From the NCBI GenBank assembly GCA_965222375.1, contig CBDCTZ010000016.1:1152001-1216000 (forward strand): a DNA stretch of 64,000 bases. Reading direction: 5' to 3'. Origin of the DNA: Polyangiaceae bacterium (lineage in GTDB: Bacteria; Myxococcota_A; Polyangia; Polyangiales; Polyangiaceae). Of the stretch, positions 39,630-49,827 are shown one piece after another. The first letter of the stretch is position 1, and each line of letters begins with the position of its first letter. The translations under genes were made by a program, and so were the position numbers. Under the pieces are notes generated by a model. That model had not been told where the DNA came from. It saw nothing but the letters and a program-made list of their open reading frames with translations, and did no database searches.

Positions 39630-41261
39630 TCACTTTTTCTTCTTCTTCGAGGCCGAGCGCTTTTCCATCGCCGGCTTCACACAAAAACGTACGAACTCGC
39701 CCAAAGTCGTGACGTCTTTGAGCTCCTGACTCTTACCCTCGCCGACCGCACACTTCCACTCGCAATCGGTTGCGTCTTCGAGGCATTTCGGTGCTCGGGA
39801 GCGGTCGTTTTCGTAAGGGGCTATCTTGGCAAGCTGGGTCTTGTTTCCGAACTGGTAGTAGTAGCCGAGCGCGCTCATGCGGGCCTCGGTGGACCAACCC
39901 GGGCGAATGAACTTGTCGATGATATCCGCGGGCTTCTTCTTGCCCTTCAGGGTGCCGATGACCGCGCCGTAGCGGAGCGGTTCGGTGATCGCCATGCCTT
40001 TGGCACCGCCGATCTTGCGCATGAACTCCTCGACGTGGCTCGTGTCGCCCATCTTGAGCACGAGCTCACCCGCAACCCAGCGGATCTTCCAGTTGTCGCT
40101 CTTGAACAATCCGAACAGTCGGCCCGTGACCAACTTGCGGGGGAGTTCACCCACGCGCCCAAGTGCCACGTCGCGCAGAGTGTCGGGAGTGTCCGTTGCA
40201 CTGGCGAGTTCCAAGATGGACTTGATCTGCTCTTCGTTGTTCTTGTCCAGGTTACCTTCGAGGGCGGCCAGCGCCGACGCGCGTCGCTTCTCTGGCTTGT
40301 TCTTGTCCTTGCCGTAGGCGAGCAAGTGCGCCACCACCGGAGCGCCCCCGACTTTCTTCATGGAGGAGAAGATGCGTAGCAGTTCCTCCTCCTGGTACTG
40401 GTCCAACTGAGCCTTGAATTGCTCAGGCGTCGGACTGAGCTTGGAGGCTTTGTTTGCGGCGTCTACGAGGGGCGATTTCTGCTTGACCCACTTGTCTGAG
40501 TCGATTTCCTTCGCGACGACCACCAAGTTCTTGCTTGCGGTCAGTTTCGTCGCATCGTCGCCGAGTTCGGCGACGAGCACGGACATCTTTTCGATCTTCT
40601 TGGCATTGGGCTGGATCTGCGCTGCGAGGCCAGCAACGCCTTGACTGCCTAGTTCGCGTAGAACCTGCTCCATGCCATAGAGCTGGGAAGAATCGTCCAA
40701 GCGCTCCGCGAAGTTCGTCATGCTCCAGGACGTGAGTGCCGCTCGAATTCGCGCACGCAGCTCTTCGGATTGAACCAGCGAGCCCTCAGCGTGAGTGAGG
40801 ATTGCGAACGCCGCGTCCTTATAAGGAAACGACGGATCCGGCGGAGTGGGTTGCCCGGCTTGTGCCTTGGGGGGCTCGGCCGCCATGGCCTCCTCCAACT
40901 TAGGCACCATTTCTGTGACGAGTTTTTCTCGCTCTGCCGGTGCGAGAGACTCCAGAGCGGACAACAGCCCTGGTTGATCATCCTGGCCTAGCAAACCGAT
41001 TGATTGTCCGCCCCGCGGCTTCATGCGTACGAGTGCCATCGCCGCTTCGACGCGCAGCTCGTGCGGGTACTTGTCGTGCGTGATGACGGCGACCAACTTC
41101 CGCGGCCCTTGCTTGGTGTTGGTCCATCGTTCGATGTCGTCCGTGGATGTACGACAACCCGTGAGTACGGTCGTGCTGGAAAGCAAGACGCCCACGGCTG
41201 CGACGCCAAGCACGCGCCGCACGGATCCCGCAATTCTCTTCGACCCCAGCGTGTATTTCAT
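39630..41261 (-). CDS. Large alpha-helical (HEAT-like) lipoprotein
   Basis: Lipobox LTGC; helical repeats; 543 aa. Confidence 0.8.
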   Translation of the reverse strand: MKYTLGSKRIAGSVRRVLGVAAVGVLLSSTTVLTGCRTSTDDIERWTNTKQGPRKLVAVITHDKYPHELRVEAAMALVRMKPRGGQSIGLLGQDDQPGLLSALESLAPAEREKLVTEMVPKLEEAMAAEPPKAQAGQPTPPDPSFPYKDAAFAILTHAEGSLVQSEELRARIRAALTSWSMTNFAERLDDSSQLYGMEQVLRELGSQGVAGLAAQIQPNAKKIEKMSVLVAELGDDATKLTASKNLVVVAKEIDSDKWVKQKSPLVDAANKASKLSPTPEQFKAQLDQYQEEELLRIFSSMKKVGGAPVVAHLLAYGKDKNKPEKRRASALAALEGNLDKNNEEQIKSILELASATDTPDTLRDVALGRVGELPRKLVTGRLFGLFKSDNWKIRWVAGELVLKMGDTSHVEEFMRKIGGAKGMAITEPLRYGAVIGTLKGKKKPADIIDKFIRPGWSTEARMSALGYYYQFGNKTQLAKIAPYENDRSRAPKCLEDATDCEWKCAVGEGKSQELKDVTTLGEFVRFCVKPAMEKRSASKKKKK

Positions 41262-41437
41262 GCCGTGCGTCCGCGATTCCCTCTGTAGAGGGGGGCAGTC
41301 TAATCCCCAGACTCGCTCAGGCTCAAGCGAACGACATGCCTAGTTTTTCTGGACCGGCCCACAGGCCGGTCAGGAGCTGTGGAACGGATGTTGGTTTCTT
41401 GGAGGGCTGGCGGGATTGATGTAGTCAAAAGTAGGAG

Positions 41438-44050
41438 ATGGGCACACGTCCCTTTGCGCCCCGGACCGCTGACGGCCCGGACACTGACGTTTCCTCACGG
41501 GATTCGCCGGCTTCCGGCAAGCGCGGACGTGAGGCCGCGGCCCTACTCCTATTCGCGATTTCGGCTTTTCTCTGCATCGCGCTGGCGAGCCTGCGCAAAG
41601 ACATCAACGATCCGAGCGTTCAAGGTGGGGATTGGGTTGGCCCCGTGGGAGCGCTGATCGCGGGGTTCTTGGCTCAGGGCTTCGGCTGGGTCGCTTGGTT
41701 GGCGCCCCTGGAGTTGTGCCTGGTGGGTGCTCCGCTGTTCAGGGGTCACCCCGTTGGTCGCGTCGGCTTCCGCGTTGCCGGCGACTTGGTGGCCGCGATC
41801 ATCTTGGCGTCACTGGTCTACATCGCGCTGCCCTCCGCTCGCTCTTTTGGCGGTCTGCCCTCTGGCGGCAACGTCGGGCTCCTATTTGGCGAGCTGATGC
41901 GCGGGCTCTTCTCCACGGTCGGCTCTTTCCTGGTGGGTGGAACCGTCGTGGGCTTGATCTTGATCGGACGCGCGACCTTCTCGTTCATTGGCGCCTGCCA
42001 TCGCGCCTGGTCCATCGCCGAGAACGTCGCAGCGCGCGCGCGAGGAGCCTCGAACCGTGCGGGCCACGCTTGGATCGAAGCACGCGCTTTGCGCAAAGAG
42101 CAGCGGGCGGCTGAGGCACGCGCTCGCGCGCCCCACATCGACACCCGTCCCAGTGACGAAGCCATCATCGCGCAGTTGGTGGACGATGACAGCGACTGGA
42201 GCCCGCTGGATGCCACCGGCACACCGCCCTTGGCTGTGTCCCAGGCACTGTCTGGGATAGAGCCCGAGGCCGACGGTCTCGATGTCGCGCTGTTCCGCGA
42301 TGAAGCGAGGGCAGCTCCCGTCCAGCCCCCTGCCCAGGAATCCAAGCTCGCCAACGCAACACCAACGCCATCCGCAGACCTGGGTGAGCTGCTGACCGAG
42401 GCTGAAGAGCCGGAAGCTGTAGCCACAAAGAAGCGAAAGCCCAAAAAGAAGCAAGCCAACGGCCCGACCATCATCGACACTGCGCCGGCACGGACCGTCG
42501 AGCGCGATAAGGCCCACCGCAAGCCCAAAGCCGTAGAATTCGCCCTGCCGCCCACCGACGTCCTCGACCTGCCCGGGGCCTCGGTGAACACCGTGGACCG
42601 AGAGGCTTTGCTGCTGCAGGCCTCGCGCCTGGAAAAGACGCTGTCTGATTACGGCGTGCACGGTCGAGTGGAGGAGATCCACCCCGGACCGACGGTCACG
42701 ACCTTCGAGGTCGTACCGGAAGCGGGCACCAAGGTCAGCAAAGTCGCCAATCTGAGCGATGACCTGGCGCTCGGGTTGAGTCGAACCGTGCGAATCATCG
42801 CTCCCATTCCGGGCAAGAGCCGGATCGGGTTCGAGCTGCCCAACGACCACCGCATGCCGGTGAATCTGCGGGAGCTGGTGGAAGACAAGCGCTTCGGCAA
42901 GTTGTCGGAAAAGGCCCCTCTTCCCGTAGTTCTGGGCCGCGACATCGTGGGCGCGCCCTTCTATGCGGACCTGGCGAGCATGCCTCACGTCATCGTTGCG
43001 GGTGCAACCGGCGCTGGCAAGAGCGTCGGGTTGAACGTGATGCTCTCGAGCCTGCTCTTCTGCCGCAGTCCGGAGGAACTCCGCTTGCTGATGATCGATC
43101 CGAAGGTCGTTGAACTCGCGCCTTTCGACGGCATTCCTCACATGTTGCTGCCGGTCGTGACCGACATGAAGCAGGCGGCGACAGCTTTGCGCTGGGCGGT
43201 GAACGAAATGGAGCGCCGCTACCAGCTGTTCGCCAATGCTGGCACGAAGAACATCAAGACCTACAACGGTTGGGTCAAGCGCGTCCACGCTGGCGAGGTC
43301 CCGGCGCCGAATCCCAAGGAGGTGGAGGCGCTGTCCCCGGATGGAGCCCTGGTGAGTGTGCCCGCGGCCAAAGACGGGGACGACGGCACCCTCTTGCCGG
43401 GCAAGCTGCCCTACATCGTGATCGTGGTCGACGAGTTTGCCGACTTGATGATGCAGCAGGGCAAGGAGGTTGAGGCTGCCGTTGCCCGCCTGGCGCAAAA
43501 GGCTCGGGCTGCTGGCATGCACGTGGTGCTCGCCACCCAGCGACCCAGCGTCGACGTCATTACGGGCATGATCAAGGCGAACTTCCCGTCTCGGATCGCC
43601 TATCGCGTGGCGCAGAAGGTCGACAGTCGCACCATCTTGGACGACCAGGGAGCCGAGCTCCTGCTGGGCAAGGGTGACATGCTCGTCAAGCTCAACGGCA
43701 CCACGGACACCCATCGGGTGCAGTGCCCCTTCGTGAGCGAAGAGGAGGTGACGGCGCTGACCGACCACCTCCGCAGCCAAGGTGCGCCCCAGTATCACGA
43801 GGCCATTCTGGCCGAACCCGAGGACGACTCTTCCGGAGACCAGGGGGACGAACCCGTCGACGCTCGGTTCGACGAGGCGGTTGCCATCGTAGCCGAGACC
43901 CAGCGCTGCTCGACTTCTTGGTTGCAGCGGAAAATGACCATCGGCTACAACCGTGCGGCCAAGATCGTCGAGATGATGGAGAAGCTTGGCATGATTGGGC
44001 CACCGAACGGTGCCAAAGACCGCGAAATCCTGCTGCCACCGCCTAGCTAG
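41438..44050 (+). CDS. ftsK: DNA translocase FtsK
   Basis: N-terminal TMs, MPHVIVAGATGAGKSV, VDEFADLM, LATQRPSVDVITG, gamma domain LQRKM.IGYNRAA. Confidence 0.97.
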   Translation: MGTRPFAPRTADGPDTDVSSRDSPASGKRGREAAALLLFAISAFLCIALASLRKDINDPSVQGGDWVGPVGALIAGFLAQGFGWVAWLAPLELCLVGAPLFRGHPVGRVGFRVAGDLVAAIILASLVYIALPSARSFGGLPSGGNVGLLFGELMRGLFSTVGSFLVGGTVVGLILIGRATFSFIGACHRAWSIAENVAARARGASNRAGHAWIEARALRKEQRAAEARARAPHIDTRPSDEAIIAQLVDDDSDWSPLDATGTPPLAVSQALSGIEPEADGLDVALFRDEARAAPVQPPAQESKLANATPTPSADLGELLTEAEEPEAVATKKRKPKKKQANGPTIIDTAPARTVERDKAHRKPKAVEFALPPTDVLDLPGASVNTVDREALLLQASRLEKTLSDYGVHGRVEEIHPGPTVTTFEVVPEAGTKVSKVANLSDDLALGLSRTVRIIAPIPGKSRIGFELPNDHRMPVNLRELVEDKRFGKLSEKAPLPVVLGRDIVGAPFYADLASMPHVIVAGATGAGKSVGLNVMLSSLLFCRSPEELRLLMIDPKVVELAPFDGIPHMLLPVVTDMKQAATALRWAVNEMERRYQLFANAGTKNIKTYNGWVKRVHAGEVPAPNPKEVEALSPDGALVSVPAAKDGDDGTLLPGKLPYIVIVVDEFADLMMQQGKEVEAAVARLAQKARAAGMHVVLATQRPSVDVITGMIKANFPSRIAYRVAQKVDSRTILDDQGAELLLGKGDMLVKLNGTTDTHRVQCPFVSEEEVTALTDHLRSQGAPQYHEAILAEPEDDSSGDQGDEPVDARFDEAVAIVAETQRCSTSWLQRKMTIGYNRAAKIVEMMEKLGMIGPPNGAKDREILLPPPS

Positions 44051-44103
44051 TACGCCTCTAGGCCACGGCCCACGACCTCGCGCTATGATGAGCTCGGTTG
44101 ACT

Positions 44104-45723
44104 ATGGCTAACGGCATTCCGGCGCCTCTCGACACAGATGACGATGATGTCGCATGGGCTCTGCAAACCGCACAAGTGCAGTGGAAACGCGGTGCAGTCG
44201 CGGATGCCATCGTGTGGTTGCGTCGGGCTGTGGACGCTGCCATCGCTTGCGGCCGGCCCGAGCGGGCCACCGAGCTAAACGGCGTTGCCGCTGCTTTGAC
44301 CGAGCAAATGCTCGCTCAGGCGTCCGCCTCCGCCGCCCCGGAACACTCTACCGGCGATAGCGTTGATGAACTCCTTGGCGCAGAACCTGTTGGCCGCGCG
44401 AGCATCGACATCGAATTCGACGATGCCCCGGCAGCGGCGGACGGAGCCAATCCCTTCGCCGAGCCAGCCCTTCCCGAGCACAACCCCTTCGCTCAGCCTG
44501 GAGCGGCCCCCTGGGACCCTCCGCCGCCACGCACTCCAGCCGAGTCCGTAACGGCCATCATGGAGCCCGAGTCTGCGATGCCCATTGCGTCTGCGCAGGT
44601 CGTTTCCTCCACCGCCATGAGCGATGCGGAGCCTGTGGCGTCAGTAGAGCTCGAGTCGGATCGACGCGCGGCCATGGTCAGCGAATCTGAGCTCATCGTC
44701 GACTCTCGCCCGTCTGGGGATCTCATTTTGGATCCGCCACTGCCCCCGGACGATCTGATTGAGGCCCCTACGGAGATCTCGCACTTCCCGTCAGAATTGT
44801 TGCCCCCGGAAGATGCCGCGCCTCCCGAACCGGCGCCGCCGGATGCAGTCCCGGCCGAGGCGGTCGCGGAACAAGCTGTCGAAGCGCCCGTCGAGTCGGC
44901 GGCGGAAGCACCCGTCACCGAGCCCGATCCCGAGCCCGAACCAGACGCAGCGCCGCCCGCGGAAGATGCCGGACCGCAGCTCGAGGGCGTCAGCCTGGCC
45001 GAGGTTGCCGGGCTCGAGGATCTCCCGCCGGAGGCTCAAGAGACCTTCGCGTCCCAGGCACGAGTGGAAGTGCTGGACATCGATGAGGAAGTCAGCCAGT
45101 TCGCCGTGGCGCTGATTCTCGACGGCTGGGTCAGCATCATGCCAGCGATTGCCGACGCCGCTTGCGCCCACGCTTCGCGGGGTGACGTGGTCTTCACCTC
45201 AGGTTCTTTGGAGGATAGCGTTTCTCTTCGCGTCGTCGCCGGCGAGAGCGACACGCGAGTCGCAGTTTGGGACGCCGCGAGTCTGGAAGAAGCCACGGGC
45301 GACTGCCCTTGGGTGGCGGACGAGCTGCGCGTGGTGGCCGATCGCTTCCAGGCTTTGGCGGGTGCAGCCATGGGGCCCCTTGGAGACCGCCTGGACGACG
45401 GCCTTCGTGCTGAAGTCACCAAGCGCTGCGAAGTCAAGCGCCTACTACCTGGCGAGGTCATCGTGGAGGTGGGCGCTGAACTGCCTGGCATGCACATCGT
45501 CGGCGTCGGTCGCGTCGAAATCGTGGACGCCGAAGGTGAGAGAGTGGCCGACGAACTAGCAGCCGGGGACTTCTTGTTCGCCTCGGAAGTCATGAGCCAC
45601 GGTTCAGCTCCGGCCACCGCCCGTGCCGGCGAGGGCGGCGCTTTGATCCTCTTCGCGGACCGCATGACTGCTCACGAGCTACTGGTGAGCGTGCCGCCGC
45701 TGCTGGAAATCCTGGCCAGCTAG
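44104..45723 (+). CDS. Cyclic-nucleotide-binding-like domain protein with an acidic Pro-rich linker
   Basis: C-terminal LPGEVIVEVG...MHIVGVGRVEI...LAAGDFLF...PATARA pattern. Confidence 0.7.
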   Translation: MANGIPAPLDTDDDDVAWALQTAQVQWKRGAVADAIVWLRRAVDAAIACGRPERATELNGVAAALTEQMLAQASASAAPEHSTGDSVDELLGAEPVGRASIDIEFDDAPAAADGANPFAEPALPEHNPFAQPGAAPWDPPPPRTPAESVTAIMEPESAMPIASAQVVSSTAMSDAEPVASVELESDRRAAMVSESELIVDSRPSGDLILDPPLPPDDLIEAPTEISHFPSELLPPEDAAPPEPAPPDAVPAEAVAEQAVEAPVESAAEAPVTEPDPEPEPDAAPPAEDAGPQLEGVSLAEVAGLEDLPPEAQETFASQARVEVLDIDEEVSQFAVALILDGWVSIMPAIADAACAHASRGDVVFTSGSLEDSVSLRVVAGESDTRVAVWDAASLEEATGDCPWVADELRVVADRFQALAGAAMGPLGDRLDDGLRAEVTKRCEVKRLLPGEVIVEVGAELPGMHIVGVGRVEIVDAEGERVADELAAGDFLFASEVMSHGSAPATARAGEGGALILFADRMTAHELLVSVPPLLEILAS

Positions 45724-45772
45724 CCGAACCTGGCTTCACATTCGCGTAGCGGGATCCCACTCCGCGCCGCGG

Positions 45773-46984
45773 CTACTTTTTGAAACGCAGGATCTTTCCC
45801 TTGCTGGGCGTCGACGGGAAGGACGATGTCCAGTAGACGTACTGGCCGTCCAACCGCAGGCGCACTACTGGCGTCGAGATCACGGTGGAGGGGATACCCC
45901 CGCTGTGGTTCACCCTGTAGATGCCTTGAGTCGTACCGTAGTAGATCTTACTGCTGTCCATGTCGAAAGCTTGCGCCGACGAGAACGTGGCCAGCTGTTT
46001 CTTAGAGCCGCCTCCGAGCGGAACGCGATGCACCGATCCCGGGGACTTGTGGGTGAAGTACACGTAGCCCCCGTACAGCATGAGCTCGTTCACGTTGCTA
46101 CCCGTTGCAAGCAGCTGAGGAGCTCCCGCGTCGGGGTCCAGTGGGACTCGGTACACCGCTGAGCCCGTCGAGTAGTATGCGTAGAAACCGTCGGCCTCCA
46201 CGGCTTCGATGTTAGATCCCGTCGCGAGGTTCGCGACCAGTCCGCCTGTCTTGGCAACTGCATGCACCGAGTTTCCTGTGGAAAACACGACATGGGTGTT
46301 ACTCAAGGCGAGGTCCCAAGCGCCCGTCTGATTCTTCGCAACATCCTGGACGCTTCCGCCACTGATGGCGCGCCGCCGTACCGCCTTGTCCGTTTTGCAC
46401 GTCCAATACACGTGCGTCGCGTCCGCCTCGATCCTCCACGCGCTGCCTTGATTGGTCGCGACGATTGCGGCCGAGCCTCCGCCCTTGGGGATGCGGCTGA
46501 CCTGATTGAAGCTAGGGCTGGTCCAGTAGAGGTACGACGACGTGGCAACGATATCGTAGGGCGCGTTTTCGTCGGACCCCGTCAGATCGACGGAGCCGTC
46601 GGGGAACACGATCCCGCCCGTGCCACCGCTGCCCGTCGCGCCTGTGCCACCGCTGCTGCCGGTTCCGGCACTGTTGCCACTGCCGCCGCTGTTGCCACTG
46701 CCGCCGCTATTGCCGCTGCCACCGCTATTGCCGCTGCCGCCGCTATTGCCGCTGCCACCGCTGCTGCCGGTTCCGGCACTGTTGCCGCTGCCGCCGCTGT
46801 TGCCGCTGCCGCTGCTACCGCCCCCGTTCGCTCCAAAGCCCGCCGCCCCTGCGTTAGCGCCGAAGCCTGCGCTGCCGCCGCCAGGTCCTCCCCCATCGGG
46901 TCTGGGTGGCCCGGTGCCTTTGCCACCTGAGCACGCGAGCAAGAGAAACAAGCTCGAAACCACCACAGCCGAGCGGGAGATCAT
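45773..46984 (-). CDS. Lipoprotein with a Gly/Ser linker and beta-propeller-like repeats
   Basis: Lipobox LLAC, (GNSGGS)n linker, repeated .VYWT......RVP..GG units. Confidence 0.8.
   Translation of the reverse strand: MISRSAVVVSSLFLLLACSGGKGTGPPRPDGGGPGGGSAGFGANAGAAGFGANGGGSSGSGNSGGSGNSAGTGSSGGSGNSGGSGNSGGSGNSGGSGNSGGSGNSAGTGSSGGTGATGSGGTGGIVFPDGSVDLTGSDENAPYDIVATSSYLYWTSPSFNQVSRIPKGGGSAAIVATNQGSAWRIEADATHVYWTCKTDKAVRRRAISGGSVQDVAKNQTGAWDLALSNTHVVFSTGNSVHAVAKTGGLVANLATGSNIEAVEADGFYAYYSTGSAVYRVPLDPDAGAPQLLATGSNVNELMLYGGYVYFTHKSPGSVHRVPLGGGSKKQLATFSSAQAFDMDSSKIYYGTTQGIYRVNHSGGIPSTVISTPVVRLRLDGQYVYWTSSFPSTPSKGKILRFKK
46620..46820. repeat. 18-bp coding tandem repeat (GNSGGS linker)
   Basis: Repeated CCGCTGCCGCCGCTATTG-like units. 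Confidence 0.85.
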
Positions 46985-47196
46985 TACGGAATCGTGCCAG
47001 GGATTTCGTGGAGCGCAAACCTTCACTCCAGGAGCGCGCGCTGACGGTGTGATGCGGGAGTCGCCCGCAACGTCTGGACCGTCGAAAGACTGTGGGCGCG
47101 TGGGGCCGCCCATGGCGAGAACCGCCCGAAAATGGGAAGACCCATGTGGACGAGCGACACTCGCGACTATGGACCGACCTAGACGACGGCCCAGGG

Positions 47197-47865
47197 CTAG
47201 TTCCGTCGCGCCGCTTGTTGAGCAGGTGTACCGTCGCGCTCCAGGTCCCAGACCAGCGCTTGGTGGCCTTGGGCGCCCGCAAAGCGTAGGCCGAACCAGC
47301 GGGCTCGGGGGCTCAGGGTGGGGCGACCATCGGCGCGGAATTTCGCGAAGCTGATGCGATAGGCGCTGCGCCAGGGGGTTGTGTAGGGGAAGTAGGTGCG
47401 CTCGATGGCACCGGGTCGCTTGATGGGTTCGATTTCCGTCGGCGCGGTCTCGCTGCCTTGCTCGTCGATGAGACGAACGATCCATGCGGGATCGTCCGCG
47501 GTGAGGTCGTTCCACTTATGACGCTGGGCGTAAAGCGCCACGTAGAATTCGTGACTGTCGCGGGTTTCAGACAGAGAGCGCTCGAGGAGGGCGCGGCGCT
47601 GGTCTACGGTCAGGCGGTAGTCCTCGGCGTAGCGAACCACGTAGGCCCAGCGAAAGTCCCAGGATTCGTAGGTCGCGGTCACGCCGAGCACATTGTCCAG
47701 ATTGCTGGGGACGATCAGATCCGCGCTGCGCGTCCAGCGCTCCAGGACGATCTCGTAGTCCGTGGGCGCGTATTCCCTGGGGCCCTCGCTCAGTTGTACC
47801 GAGGGCGTACCGCAACCGCTCAGAATCGAGCCGAGTGCCACCACGGCGAGGGCGCTGCGCCACAT
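47197..47865 (-). CDS. Hypothetical lipoprotein
   Basis: Lipobox LSGC; 222 aa. Confidence 0.75.
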   Translation of the reverse strand: MWRSALAVVALGSILSGCGTPSVQLSEGPREYAPTDYEIVLERWTRSADLIVPSNLDNVLGVTATYESWDFRWAYVVRYAEDYRLTVDQRRALLERSLSETRDSHEFYVALYAQRHKWNDLTADDPAWIVRLIDEQGSETAPTEIEPIKRPGAIERTYFPYTTPWRSAYRISFAKFRADGRPTLSPRARWFGLRFAGAQGHQALVWDLERDGTPAQQAARRN

Positions 47866-47903
47866 GGGCTAAGCGTAGCGCGCCGCCCCGCTTCTGGGCC
47901 AGC

Positions 47904-48707
47904 TCACGGCAGCTCTAGGCCGAGGATTCCGTCTTCGAGCGCCCGCTTCGCAGCGGCGTGAGTGTTCGCGTGGCCTGGGCGAAAGGCCTGGATCCGCCCT
48001 CGGGGCGGTCCGCCGTACAGATACAGATCGCCCATGAGATCGAGGAGCTTGTGGCGTGCCAGTTCGTTGGGTTTGGGCGCGGGCGACGGGGGCACCGCGT
48101 GACCGTCATCATCGAGCAGGAGCACAACATGAGGATCGACGCCGCGCGCCAGGCCTAGGGCGTCGAGTTGCTCGGCGTCTCGCCGGAAGCCGAAGGTCCG
48201 TGCCCGTGCGATCTGCTCCAAAAAGCAACTCGAGGTTCCGTCGTAGGCGGCTTCTTGCTGTCCGACTTCCGGGAAGTCCACCACGACCTGTAGTTCGACC
48301 CCGTCAGTGGCGGAAAACGCGTAGACGGAGTCGCCTTGTTCGAATTCTGCGTCCTTGCGGACCCAAAGCGGAGACGGTGTCGGTCTGGGATCCAAGGCGC
48401 GGGCGGCCATGGAGAGTTCGAACGCAGCGCCATCCAGCAGCGGGATCTCTCCGCCACTGACCTCGATGGAGATCCCCGTCCGAATTTGCATGCCAGCGAG
48501 TGCGGCGAATAGATGCTCCACCAATTCGACTTCAAAGCCTTCGAAGCCTACCCGGACTCCTCGCTCGAGCCGGATCGGTGAGAGCTGTGGAATCGTCACG
48601 TCCCGCACGCCATCCCGGAAGCGGACCGGGCCCACGACACGGGCGAGGCGAACGCCGCAGCGTTTTCCACCGTGGAGCCCCCGTCCCACGAGCTGCACGC
48701 TCTCCAT
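47904..48707 (-). CDS. lpxC: UDP-3-O-acyl-GlcNAc deacetylase (divergent)
   Basis: GRGLHGG, VEHLFAAL, EIPLLDG, IARARTFGF, RHKLLDLMGDL and GH motifs. Confidence 0.9.
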   Translation of the reverse strand: MESVQLVGRGLHGGKRCGVRLARVVGPVRFRDGVRDVTIPQLSPIRLERGVRVGFEGFEVELVEHLFAALAGMQIRTGISIEVSGGEIPLLDGAAFELSMAARALDPRPTPSPLWVRKDAEFEQGDSVYAFSATDGVELQVVVDFPEVGQQEAAYDGTSSCFLEQIARARTFGFRRDAEQLDALGLARGVDPHVVLLLDDDGHAVPPSPAPKPNELARHKLLDLMGDLYLYGGPPRGRIQAFRPGHANTHAAAKRALEDGILGLELP

Positions 48708-48722
48708 CTCGGCCTGTGTCCA

Positions 48723-49736
48723 TCACTTCCCGCGGATGTCGAACACGCTGATCACGGCGATGAGTGCCAGCAGCATCAGCAGTCCAACCGCGTGCACATG
48801 GGCCTCGACGCGCGCATTCGGGCGACGCCGCGTCACGGCCTCATACCCGAGGAACATCAGTCGGCCGCCGTCCAGGGCGGGGAACGGCAGCAGGTTGAAG
48901 CCGCCCAAATAGGCGCTGAGCAGGCCCAGAAGGTAGAGGTAGTCCGCCGGGCCTCGCTCTGCCGCGCGGCTAGTTTCCTTCACGATGCCAACCGGGCCGG
49001 TGACCTCCGGGCGCTCTTTGCCCGTGATGATTCGCCCCAGGCCGACGACCAGGGCCCGCACCACCTTCGCAGGGTGCAATACAGATTCGATCGCCGCATC
49101 CTTGAACCCCAGCGCCGGTACCAAGCTTGTGGGCCGCACTCCGATCTGACCGCGCCCCTTCTTCGCTTTCGGCTCTGGGGTGACCGTGAAGGCCTGCTCT
49201 TTACCCTCCCGAATGACCACGATTTGAATCGGCGTATTCGCCTTGGGCAGCACCGCCTCCGGGATGTCGTCCCAGCGCTTGATGGCCTTGCCGTCGATGC
49301 TCTTGATCTTGTCTCCGCTCTTGAGCCCCGCGGCAGCTGCCGCGCCTTTCTCCATGACTTGGACGCCGTTGGTGTCTCCGCCGATGGTGAACGCGGCCAA
49401 GAACAGCACGGACGCGAATAGATAGTTGGCGAGGGGGCCAGCGAAGATGGCGGAAATGCGCCCGATCAAGCTGGCGTTGGCGTAGCTGGACTTGTCGTCA
49501 GGATCGATTTCCTCATAGGGATTCATCCCGGCGATCTGCACGTAGGCGAGAAAGGGGATCAGCGCGAGCTGGTACACCGTATCGCTACCCTTGGGTTGGT
49601 AGCGCCACAGCGCCGGGCCGAAGCCGATGCTGAATCGGATGACGCGCATGCCGAAGGCACGCGCTGCCAGCAGGTGTCCACCCTCATGGATCACCATCAG
49701 CAACGCCAAGCCGAGGATGCCGATGAGAATGCTCAC
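48723..49736 (-). CDS. rseP: RIP metalloprotease RseP (M50 with PDZ)
   Basis: HEGGH, FSIGFGP, AGPLAN, a PDZ domain and FNLLPFPALDGG. Confidence 0.93.
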   Translation of the reverse strand: MSILIGILGLALLMVIHEGGHLLAARAFGMRVIRFSIGFGPALWRYQPKGSDTVYQLALIPFLAYVQIAGMNPYEEIDPDDKSSYANASLIGRISAIFAGPLANYLFASVLFLAAFTIGGDTNGVQVMEKGAAAAAGLKSGDKIKSIDGKAIKRWDDIPEAVLPKANTPIQIVVIREGKEQAFTVTPEPKAKKGRGQIGVRPTSLVPALGFKDAAIESVLHPAKVVRALVVGLGRIITGKERPEVTGPVGIVKETSRAAERGPADYLYLLGLLSAYLGGFNLLPFPALDGGRLMFLGYEAVTRRRPNARVEAHVHAVGLLMLLALIAVISVFDIRGK

Positions 49737-49827
49737 CTTGACTCTTCTATAGCGTCACCGCTGCCAGTTCGCCACGGCCTGCTCGCGGGTCGCCCTGCTT
49801 TTCTCGGCAAAACCCAGGTTTGCCTGC

